DNA from: the human T2T-CHM13v2.0 reference genome, Homo sapiens
Assembly: GCA_009914755.4 (NCBI GenBank)
Contig: CP068257.2
Span: 20,480,001 to 20,544,000, forward strand
Direction of reading: 5' to 3'
DNA: 64,000 nucleotides
Positions 53,540 to 64,000 of the stretch are shown piece after piece (positions within the stretch are counted from its first letter, which is position 1; each line of letters begins with the position of its first letter). A model generated the notes under the pieces. The model saw only the letters and a program-made list of their open reading frames with translations. It ran no database searches and was not told the origin of the DNA. Position numbers and translations under genes: made by a program.

Positions 53540-54600
53540 GGCATTACATATTCAATAAGAAGAATGAACTATTCTAACTATATATGCAGCCAACATAGGA
53601 ACACCCAGATTCATAAAATAATTACTCTAAATCTAGGAAAAGCCTTAGAAAGCCAAACAATAATAGTGGAGGACTTCAACACCACATCTACAGCATTAGA
53701 CAGATCAGCAAGGCAGAATACTAACAGAGAAATTCTGGACTTAAATTTGACGCTGGAACAATTAGACCTAATAGACCTCTATAGAATACTCTACCCAACA
53801 ACCAAAGAATGTACATTTTTGTCATCTGCACATGGAATATACTCTATGATCAACTACATGCTTGGCCATAAAGCAAGTCTCAATAAATTCAAGAAAATAT
53901 AAACCATATTATTAAGCATATTCTCAAACCACAGTGAAATACAAATAGAAACCAATACCAAGAAAAACTCTCAAAACTACACAATTATGTAGAAACTAAG
54001 TAACTTTTGGTTAAACAAAGAATTAACACAGAAATAAAAAATTCTTTGAAACAAATGAAAATAGAGACAGAACATACCAAAATCTCTGGGATACAGCTAA
54101 AGCAGTCTTAAGAGGAGAGTTTGTAGCACTAAATACCTACATCAAGAAGATAAAAGACCTCAGACTAACAATCTAACATCACACCTAAAGGAACTAGAAA
54201 AACAAGATCAAACTAATCCTAAAGCTAGCAGAAGAAAAGTAATACCTGAATCAGAGCAGAACTAAATGAAATTGTACCCTAAACACCATATAAAGTTCAA
54301 TAAAATTAAAAGTAGGTTCTTTGAAAGGATAAACATGGTAGATGGACTGCGAGCTAGATTAACATAGAAAAAAGAGATGATCCAAATAAGCACAATCAGA
54401 AATCACAAAGGAGACATTACAACTGACCCCACAGAAATACAAAAGATCCTCAGAGACTATTATGAATGCCTCTGTGCACACAAATCTGTAGAAAATGGAG
54501 AAATTCTTGAAAGCATACAATCACCCAAGATTGAGTCAGAAAGAAAATGCACAAATCTCAATTGTCCAGCTTTACTAATTTTTTAGACTCATATACCCAA
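53540..54600 (+). mobile_element. LINE-1 ORF2 N-terminal (endonuclease) segment, about aa 180-475, plus orientation; inverted relative to the adjacent L1 and therefore the inverted 5' segment of the twin-primed L1
   Basis: The ORF at 53564-53902 translates to IITLNLGKALESQTIIVEDFNTTSTALDRSARQNTNREILDLNLTLEQLDLIDLYRILYPTTKECTFLSSAHGIYSMINYMLGHKASLNKFKKI, matching L1 ORF2 SHTLIMGDFNTPLSTLDRSTRQKVNKDTQELNSALHQADLIDIYRTLHPKSTEYTFFSAPHHTYSKIDHIVGSKALLSKCKRTEI. Downstream it reads ...[16 protein letters not shown]..., ...KGDITTDPTEIQKILRDYYE and ...ENGEILESIQSPKIESERK. Confidence 0.9.
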
Positions 54601-56645
54601 TTTCTTACACCCAGATCAAAACATGAAAGCTTTTCAGCCCCCAGAATGTTACCTTGTGTTCTTTCTCTGTCAATATCTGAACAAAGAAAACCATTTTTCT
54701 GAATTCTATTGTTATAGATTAGTTTTTTCAGGTCTTGACCTTTATATAACTAGATCAAACAATATGATTATCATTAATTTTACTAAAAATGTGTCATAAA
54801 TATTAATTTTTTATCTTTTTGTCTGAATTTTTTTTGCTTATTATTATGCCTGAGATAATCTATTTTGTTGTATTTAGCAGTGTTTCATTATTTTGGATTG
54901 TTCTTTAGTATCTATTGTACAATTTAACAAAATTTATTTAATGTAATGTACATATATAAATGTACATATATATGTATCAGAGTAATAAATGCATACACAA
55001 ACACACACACACATCACTCAGAGCATTATGACTACAGGTCATTATGAGAACTACTACTAATTCAAGATCATAAATTCCTCATGAGATTCTTTTCTGCAAA
55101 TAACATCTGGTTTGGAACAACAACAAAATTACTGTCCCCTTCTATGTGAAGTTTATTGTTAATTATAAGTTTATCTCTTTGGGTTTCAAGCTACATATGG
55201 ACATAGGCAATTGGAGTGCACATCCTAGTTTTTCCCCTTTGTCTCAGACCACTTCTAGCTACCCACATGGAAGCTAATATTCTTGGTCATTCAGCAGATA
55301 TATTCAGACCAAATTTCAGCTTTGGCACTCCACTATCTCACAAGGTTCTGATTTTTACTTAATCTATGACTTTTATAATTTAATTTTAAGGAAAATCAGT
55401 GTTTAAGTTGTAAATACAATTGTATTTTATTTCAGTTGGGAGTGTTTACCTCGGAAGTATATCTAAAATATTGCTGATATTAGAATCTTTAATGACTATT
55501 TACAGAAAACTTTCAATGTATTGAGAAATAAAAAGTAAAGGATTAAAAATTACTTTTGGTAGATATAGAAGGGAAATAAACATGAAACCCAAAATATAAT
55601 TTAATATTGTCATATTTGTTATATTTGATCTATCAATGACTTCGCAGAAGAACACCCATACATAGTATTAAGAGAGAATATATGGTGAATGGATAAGATT
55701 ATGGCTATTTTATGAAATAAAATATTTACCAAAACATGTTATAGTCATATATAGTAAAGGAGAGATCTCAAAATAACACTTTCTTTTTCTTATGTTTTGT
55801 ATAGAATGTGCTTATGTATAAAACATGCATATACATTTGCATGTACTTTAAGAAGTCATGTTTTTATGCATTCTTTTTCATTTAGTTACATGAGTGGAAT
55901 AAAAAATATTTAATTATATATTATTAATTATGGTAAAGATTCATTTTTCTTTTCATCAAATATGCTCTAAAACTAAATTTGTAATGGTATCAAAATAAAA
56001 GTAGAAAAAAGTGTTTCTTCTCCCTTCTTCATTGTTCTTTGATTTTAAATGTTTTTCTTTAAGATTGAGTTTATATTTCCCTATAAGCATACTGCAACAA
56101 GAGATGAAGCAGCAATATGATCATACTATTGATCAAATCTTTTGATCAAATCTATTGTGTTTCTGTTTTTCCTTTTTTGCAAAGTTCTTACTCTCCCATG
56201 ACTTCATGTAAATTGATTTAAGTATATTGCCATACAAGATAGTTCAAATGGAGATAAATATTGCAGTGTTTCTCTTGACATACCTAATGCCTTTTTTTAA
56301 GGACTGCTTCAAGGTGTACAAATAATGCTATCTATATAAATGTTAAACTATACCTAATTCTACTTTTAAATATAGTGTAATGATTTTGCAATAAGATATC
56401 AAGTAGACAGTTTTAAAAATGTTAACTGCACATAATTTCTAAAATAATTGTAACACGTAGAGTTAACCATCACTGAAATAACTGTTGGATCTAAGCCTAC
56501 TTGTTTTATATTAGTACCAAACAATAAAGAAATGCCAAGATTATTATTGGTTTTAATATAAAAATGTGTAGCAAGTATTAATTTTTCATTATTTTAGTGG
56601 TGCTTTCTTAGAAATGCTTGCTCCCATTGTATACGAGGACCATAT

Positions 56646-56965
56646 CTTGGTGGAGCGCAGCGGCTTTTGCCTGTAATCCCAACACTTTCTCTGAAGATGA
56701 GAGCAGAGGATTGCTTGAGCCCAGAAGTTCAAGACCAGCCTGGGCAAGAGAGGAAAACCCCCATCTCAAAAAAAAAAAAAAAAAAAAAAAAATTAAAACA
56801 TTGGCTGGCCACAAAGGTATGTGGCTGTAGTCCCACCTACTCAGGAGGCTGAGGTGGGAGAATCCCTTGAGCTCAGGAGTTTCAGAATGCAGTACACTGT
56901 GATTACATCACTGCACTTAAACCTGGATAGGAGAGGAAGACCCTGTCTTTCTCTCAAAAAAATTA
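56646..56965 (+). mobile_element. Alu (older; atypical 5' end and a 24-nt internal A-run)
   Basis: ggtggagcgcagcggcttttgcctgtaatcccaacactttctctgaagatgagagcagaggattgcttgagcccagaagttcaagaccagcctgggcaagagaggaaaacccccatctcaaaaaaaaaaaaaaaaaaaaaaaaattaaaacattggctggccacaaaggtatgtggctgtagtcccacctactcaggaggctgagg...ctgcacttaaacctggataggagaggaagaccctgtctttctctcaaaaaaa. Confidence 0.85.
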
Positions 56966-59900
56966 TATTTTGGTATAAAGACAGATTATTTTAGATCAAA
57001 ATCTATTGAAAAATTGATTTTGCATAATTTTATTGTTTGCTGGATGTACTGTTGTTTTCCCACAAATCATTAATGTGGAAAAAAATAAATATGCATTTTT
57101 TTTCTAACTGAACCTAATGTATATAGTAAGCAGCTCTCTCTCCTTGTAGAAGTCTGAATGTTATTTAGTACATGTTTCTCAATCTACTCAATAATTTGTA
57201 TTACTCTCACCCTGCTCTCTCTGGATTTGCATTTAAAATCTAGTTTATGTGATTGGTTACATGGCATCAATGCATGCAATTAATTTTAGTCTTATTCTTG
57301 ATGTGGCTCAATTTATGTTTGCCATTTTAATATTTTTTCATTATATTTAATGTCTTTTTATGCCTTTGTTTTCCTTTACTATCTTCTTTTTCATTAAATA
57401 TTTTATATAGTAACATTTAGTATCATTTCTAGAATAACATTTGAGTATCATTTACATTTTTAATTTTTTAATTTTAAATTATCATAGAAACATAATAGTT
57501 GTATTTATTCATAGGGTACATGTGATGTTTTGATACAAGCATTCAATGTGTAATGATCAAATTAGAGTAATGAGGATTTCCATCACCTCATTAGACATTA
57601 AGGTTGATTCCATACCTTGGCTATTGTGTATAGTGCTACAATAAACATGGGAGTGCAGATATCTCTTCGAGGTTCTGCTTTTCTTCATTTTGGATATACG
57701 CAGAGGAGTGAGGTTGTTATTGTCAGTGTCTGTTTCCCTGCATTATGCAGCCACTAAGGTCTCTGGTCAGGTTTTTTAAAGATTATTTTCACTTTTATTA
57801 TAAATTGCCAGGTGTTGCCACTTATTTAGTAAAGCTTAGGGTTCAGCCAGTGATCAGATGTTGTGATTGAATCCTGTGAGCCAAAAAGGCACCAACCCTT
57901 TGCCAATACAAGTGTATTGGATGATAAGTTCTTTCAAGACTTAGACAATTTACAAGATTGTGTCATCATTTTTTCCATCTTTTACATTTACTAGATCTTG
58001 TGTTCAGTAAAGGATGAACTACTCACTAAGTTTCTTTGTTATGTATCCTGAGCTTGTGTGAAGCCTTTTACATACACACAGGTGTCCAACAAAGGATAGA
58101 ACTATATCATGGCTCTCTTGTCTTCTTAGTTGCCTAACATCTCCCTGTTAAATTTTTGGCAGGTCTGCTAAACTTTTGCTTTTCTCAACCAGTATTGAGA
58201 TCTTAACTTACCTGCAAAGTTAGCCTTCCATGATTATTTCCACGGGTATCACTAGTTTTGTTTACAGTATTTCTGAGCATGGGATTTTTCCATCCTCCGC
58301 CTTCCACTTAGACTACCCTACATGCAAGGCTGCCATCCCTATTTTCCTGCTCTACTTAAATATAAACCATGGATCAGAGAGTGGGTGGACATATAAGCAG
58401 CAAAAGGTGAAAATACCTCAGACTCCCAATGGTTTTACAGATGTTCAAGAGATAATCATAAGCAAATGCATTTTAATGTTGTGTATGCCTTAGGTCTTTT
58501 TCAGAAACATCAAATGATAGTTTTTGAGAATCTTATTTAGTTTAATTATAATTTTTTGGAAAAAAGATGCACATTGACCTCAATTTTGCCATACTATAAT
58601 TTTGTTGTATACATTTTTATTATCCTGTATTTTTTCCTTTACATTCTCTAGAAATATCAAATGTACCTTCATCATCAATAGTACCTATATTTCCATCATC
58701 TTCACAGCTCTTGGTGTCTAATATATCTAATATTTATTGATGTATTCTGAGAGTATAGAAAATAAATTACAATTTAGCTATGCAAATTAACCAGCTATTT
58801 CTGGCAAAATATTAAAAATAGTGTCTGAAATAAATCATCTTAGGCAACTCATATTTGTATCTAGAAAATTTATATCTAAATAACTTCAGGAAACAGGAGA
58901 CAGTTTGAAAATGAGAAGCACTGACCCAAAGCAATACATGTTGGTCATAAAATACCAGTGAGTGATTTTGTTAACAATTCTAGTAGCATAATTTTAAAAT
59001 GTACTTGAAAGATGATAATATACCTTTGTGCCATTATTCTTATACAATAAATGATGTAATGAACAACACCAACTACTATCATTGTAAGAGAAAATTCAGT
59101 TAAACAAATGCTTTCCAAAATGGCTTTTTGACTCAACTTAACCGTGATAAATTTGGGTTCTCTTAATGTTGTAAGAGTTTTGACACAAATCAGCATACTC
59201 AAACTGAGTAACCTGAGAATCATTAATAAAAGGGGATTAAGATAATAGCAGAGTACAGGGAAACTGCAAGGACAGTTTAGTAACTCAGCAGTAGGCCTAA
59301 AGGTTAAGACAGGGGTAAGTTACCTAAACTACATAAAGATATCTGCATGGTGAAAGCCTTCTGTCTGGAATTCTGAATTTTCATGGAGAGAGCCAGGAAC
59401 ACGAATACAGAAAAAAAGAAGAGAACTTATATAAAAATTCCAATTTTCTACTAAATAATGGTACATATTATGTATATATATATTTTGAGTAAAACATGTT
59501 AATACATGTAAACATATATCATTCAGGGGGAAAAGTGAAATGAATTTTAATTAATAAATTTTATTTTCTTGAAGCGCTTTCAGGTTCACAGCAAAATTGA
59601 GTACAGAGGGTTCCCATATGCACCTTGTCCCCACAGATACACAACCTACATGACTATCAACATGCTATACCACCATAGTAAATTTATCACAATCAAGAAA
59701 TCAATGTTGGCACATTATTTTTACATACAGTTTATAGTTTGTATTAGGAGTCACTCTTAGTTTTGTACATTCTATTCATTTTGACAAATGTATATTAACA
59801 TGTTTCCATCATTGTTTCATCACACAGAACAGTTTCTCTTCCCTAAAAATCCTGTTCTCTGCCTATTTATCCCTCCCTTTACCCTAACCCATGGTAGTTT

Positions 59901-61841
59901 TTTAATGTCTTCATAGTTTCACCTTTTCTCGAATGCCTTATAGTTGGAGTCATATAGTATGTAGCCTTTTTAGATTGATTCCATTCACTTAATTAAATGC
60001 ATTAAAATTTTCTCCATGCCATTTGATATTTTGACAGCTCATTTCTTTTGGCACTGAATAATACTCCATTGCCTGGAGGTACCAGGATTTCTTTATCTAT
60101 TCACCTGCTGAAGGACATCCTGATTGCTTCCAAGTTTTGGCAATTGTGAATAAAGCTGCTATAAACATTTATATGCAGATTTTGTGTAGAGATAAGTTTT
60201 CAATTCATTTTTGTAAATACCAAGGAGCATGATTGGTGGATCATATGGTTAGAACACGTTTAGTTTTACAAGACACTTTCAAAATGTCTTCAAAGGTAGC
60301 CGTATCATTTTGTATACCCACCATCAATAATTGAGAGTTCTTGTTGCTTCACATCCCGATCAGCAATTAGTGTTTTCAGTGTTTTGGATTTTAGTCATTC
60401 TAATAGATGTGTAGTGGTATCTTGTTTGTTTGTTTTTCTTTAATTTGAAATTCCCTAATGCCATATTATGTTAAGCATAGTTTCATATGTTTACTTGTGA
60501 TCTGTATGTCTTGTTTGGTGAGGTGACTGTTCAGAGTGTTTGCTCATTTATTAATTAGTCTCGTCTTTTTTTATTGTTAAGAGGGTTTTTCTTTTGTATA
60601 TTTTGAATAGCAGTCCTTTAACAGATGTGTCTTTTTCAAATATTTTTTTTTCCCAGATTGTGGCTTGTCTTACTCTCTTGAGAAATGTTGTTTCTAAAAT
60701 TTCAAACATCTGCAGCTCTATTTTCTCAAAATAATAATCTATTCTAGTTATGAACATTATTTTTCATTCTATTCTCCAATAGCCAATGTCCAACTCATTA
60801 TTATTTTTACCTAGGACTAGTTCTTTAAATCAAGATCTGTAGAGAAAAGTATTTTGAAGTCAAAGAGAGCTCCTTTTTTTCTGTTTATTATGCTTGGGTT
60901 CTTAACAGAAATAAAAGAACAATATTCAACACAAATGCTCCCTGGTGATCTTTTGAAATAATTTTAGAAATTCCTTTAAAATAACACGTTAAAGAAAAAA
61001 AATCACATTTTAATACTCACTGAAGACTCTAAAATTCCTTTTTTGGCTTCAAAATTATATGTGTAAATGGCAAGAATAGTTTCTGAAAATGACAAATGGA
61101 TATGTTTTAGGGGTCATATATATATATATATATACACACTATGTTTGGAGGCATGAAAACATTTATTTGTAAGCAAATATATGCAAGAATAATTTTGTGA
61201 CGTTTAACTACCTTCGTGTTCAATAAACCACAGCAATTACTCCATCACAAGATTTAATAATTATAGTACAAGTTAAAGGTTCTGTATGGTTAATTAACCA
61301 CTAAATGAATAATAGCATTTTTTAAAAATTTCAAACCTTTCTGAGGTAACAGAATATAAACAGTAACCCGCACCCCCCGCAATTTTCCTAAAAATATTTT
61401 GTCTGAATTTGTACAAATAAACATAAAATGTAAACCTAGGTGAAGTTTTTCATTGTGAGCTATCTATTATATATTCTTGCCATTCTGCAGTCATCATAGT
61501 GTTAAATTCTAGGAAATATGAGTTGTTATTTATTTTCTAAAAATGCTTATTTATGATTCTTAATTACTTTTGTGTTTTATTATATAATAGCTTCCCATGG
61601 TTATGTTATCTGTACGTAGTGAAATGTGATCAAAAAAGTTTGATTACAATACAAATGTAAAATGTGATATAGATCTTGTTTAACTGAACATTTTAATGTG
61701 TTATTTGTTATAGAAATAAAAGTCAAAGCTAATGGGGATAGCATTATATAGACTTAGTAGGATGAGATAAACCAAATGGACTACTTAAGCTGTAGCCTAT
61801 ATCAATGTTGTACATTAAATAGTATATAACTTTTATGTGAC

Positions 61842-62250
61842 TGATATAGTTTGTATGTTCTTACCCTCCAAATGTTGAAATGGGTTCACCAATGTTGGAC
61901 GTGGGCCTAGTGGGTGGTTTTTGTGTCATGAGAGCAGATCCCTCATGAGTGGCTTGGTCTTACCATTGTAATTGGTCCCACCATTGTAATGAGTTCACAT
62001 GAGATCTGGTTGTTAAAAAGTCTGGAGACCTCCCTCTTCTCTCTCTTGCTTCCTCTCCCACCATGTATCATGCCTGCTCCCCTTCATATTGTGTCATGAG
62101 TAAAAGCTTCCTGAGGCCTCACCTGAAGCTGAAGACATGCTTGTGCCATGGTTATACAGCCTGCAGAATCATGAGCCAAATAAACCCGTTTGGCTATGAA
62201 TTTCCCAGCTTCATGTATTCCTTTATAGCAACACAAAATGGACTAATACA
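61842..62250 (+). mobile_element. ERVL-MaLR solo LTR (MST/MLT-type)
   Basis: tgatatagtttgtatgttcttaccctccaaatgttgaaatgggttcaccaatgttggacgtgggcctagtgggtgg...gagttcacatgagatctggttgttaaaaagtctggagacctccctcttctctctcttgcttcc...cagaatcatgagccaaataaacccgtttggctatgaatttcccagcttcatgtattcctttatagcaacacaaaatggactaataca. Confidence 0.8.
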
Positions 62251-62844
62251 GCTACTACATGTGATGGTTGTTTATCAGTCTAAAATTCACTGACCTATTG
62301 ACAGCATCTGCAAACCTTGAGGTTTTTCTTCTCTCTCCCTTTCACCATTTTGTTTCCAAGAGACAACATTCTCTTGCTTAACCTTAATATTTACAGCCCA
62401 TACTCTTCCCTCACACTAGTCTCTTTACTCTTTATCTCTGTGAATCCTAATAGTCAAGTGTCTCATCAGTAATTCCATATACGATGACTCCCTAATTGAT
62501 CTCATTTTCTCTTGTTGCTTTATAAAGCATCTGTATGCTGATTTCATTGAAAGGTAATTCTCCATGAATATTTTCACCTTTAGTCATAGTCTGGGCTTTC
62601 TGAGAAAACAGCATTGACAAATGTGGCTTAAAGATGATTCAGTAGTAAACATGTTATGTGTGGTAGGTGGAATAATACCAAAAATGTCAGTTTGCTATTC
62701 TTGGTAATTTGTAAATTTTTTGTATTACATAACAAAAGGAAAATTAAAATGAGATTGACATTACTAATCAGATGATCTCAAAATATAGAGATTATCCTGT
62801 ACTATTTGGGTGGGCTCAGTATAATCTTGAGGGTCTGTAAATGT

Positions 62845-64000
62845 TGAAATGGTTTGAATTTATGTCCCCACCCAAATCTCATGTTGAATTGTAATCCCCA
62901 GTGTTGAAGGAGGGGCCTGGTCTTAGGAAAATGGATCTTGGGGGAGAATTTCCCCTTTGCTATTCTCATGATAGTGAGTGAGTTCTCACAAGATCTCTTT
63001 CTTTAAAGTATGTAGCTACACCTCCTCCCACAACCTTCACTCTCTTCCTCCTACTTCAGCCATGTAGGATGTGCCTGCTTCCCCTTCACCTTTTACCATG
63101 ACTAAATCTTCTGAGGTCTCCTTAGCCATGCTTCCTGTACGGTCTGTGGAATTGTCACCCAATTGAACTTCTTTTTCTAAATATATACATGACCAAGCCT
63201 CAGGTAGTCCTTTATAGCAATGCAAGAATAAACTAATATAGAAAATTTGTACTGGGAAGTGAGGCATTGCTATAGCGATACCAGAAAATGTGGTAGTAGC
63301 TTTGGAACTAGGTAACAAGCAGTAGTTGGAACAGTTTGGAGGGCTCAGAAGAAGACAGGAGGATGAGCGAAAGTCTGGAACTTCCTAGAGACTTCTTAAA
63401 TTGTTGTGACCAAAATGTTGATAGTGCTATGGATGATGAATTCCAAGCTAACTTGGTCTCAGATGGAGATGAAGAACTTACTGGGAATTAGAGTAAAGAT
63501 CACTTTTGTTATATATTAGCAAAGAGACTGGTGACATAGTGCCCTGCTCTAGGGATCTGTGAACTTGAGAGAGATGGTTTAGGGTATCTGGCAGAATAAA
63601 TTTTTAAGCAGCAAAGCATTCAAAAAGTGTCTTGGCTTCTTCTAACAGCATATGCTCATATCCATGAGCAAAGAGATGATCTGAAACTGGAACTTATATT
63701 TAATAAATAAGCAGAGTCTAAAAGTTTGGCAAATTAACAGCATGACCATTTGCTAGAAAATAAAAACCTATATTCTGGGGAGGAATTCAAGCTTGCCTGA
63801 GAAATTTGCATAAGTAAAGAGGAGCCAAATGTTAATTACCAAGAAAATGGGGAAAATGCCTCAAAGGCATTTCAGAGACCTTCAGGGAAGCCTCTACTAT
63901 CACAGACCTGGAGGCCTAAGTGGGAAGAATCATTTTGTGGGCTGGGCCCAGAGACACACTGCCCTGTGCAACCTTAGGAAACTGCTCCTTATGTCCCAAC
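62845..64000 (+). mobile_element. ERVL-MaLR element (THE1/MST family): 5' LTR about 62845-63240 plus internal region to the window end; truncated by the window
   Basis: The LTR reads tgaaatggtttgaatttatgtccccacccaaatctcatgttgaattgtaatccccagtgttgaaggaggggcctgg...gcaatgcaagaataaactaatata. The internal region reads tttgtactgggaagtgaggcattgctatagcgataccagaaaatgtggtagtagctttggaactaggtaacaagc..., closely parallel to the internal region at 34987-36632. Confidence 0.85.

Noticed and set aside
52247-53902. ORFs of 129 aa (minus) and 112 aa (plus) with clear protein similarity
   Set aside because: They are not host genes. They are pieces of L1 ORF2 (the reverse-transcriptase/C-terminal region and the endonuclease domain) and are already annotated as L1.

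Overview
This 64 kb window reads as primate nuclear DNA, most likely human or great ape. It is not a prokaryotic or accessory-element locus. It is AT-rich and gene-poor, and roughly half or more of it is recognisable interspersed repeat. I found no convincing protein-coding exon, tRNA, rRNA or CRISPR array. Nearly every ORF in the supplied track sits inside a transposable element or in low-complexity sequence.

What I can support directly from the sequence:
- About a dozen Alu elements on both strands, several with clean target-site duplications. One is a young AluY-like copy with a perfect 12-bp duplication.
- L1 fragments in several places. Two of these loci have the inverted-5' structure typical of twin-priming.
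- An unusually dense set of ERVL-MaLR elements. These include THE1/MST and MLT1-type solo LTRs, one complete LTR-internal-LTR THE1/MST element with an intact 5-bp duplication (TGCTT), and another LTR plus internal region that runs off the end of the window.
- A roughly 3.8 kb class I (gamma-like, HERV-W/HERV-9/HERV-H-related) endogenous retrovirus remnant. Its frameshifted gag pseudogene has strong amino-acid similarity to HERV-W-group Gag, for example the shared motif SLSPDSIEGQLILK. It carries a large internal deletion of pro-pol and most of env.
- A probable Tigger-type DNA transposon fragment, a few simple repeats, and two long poly-G homopolymers plus a G-scrambled Alu that look like sequence-quality artefacts.

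I see no evidence of a previously undescribed biological system. The points worth a second look are structural and evolutionary: nested insertions, twin-primed L1s, the deleted ERV1 provirus, and the MaLR cluster. Coordinates are approximate (about 10-30 bp either way) unless a duplication pins them down. Family names come from reading motifs, not from alignment.
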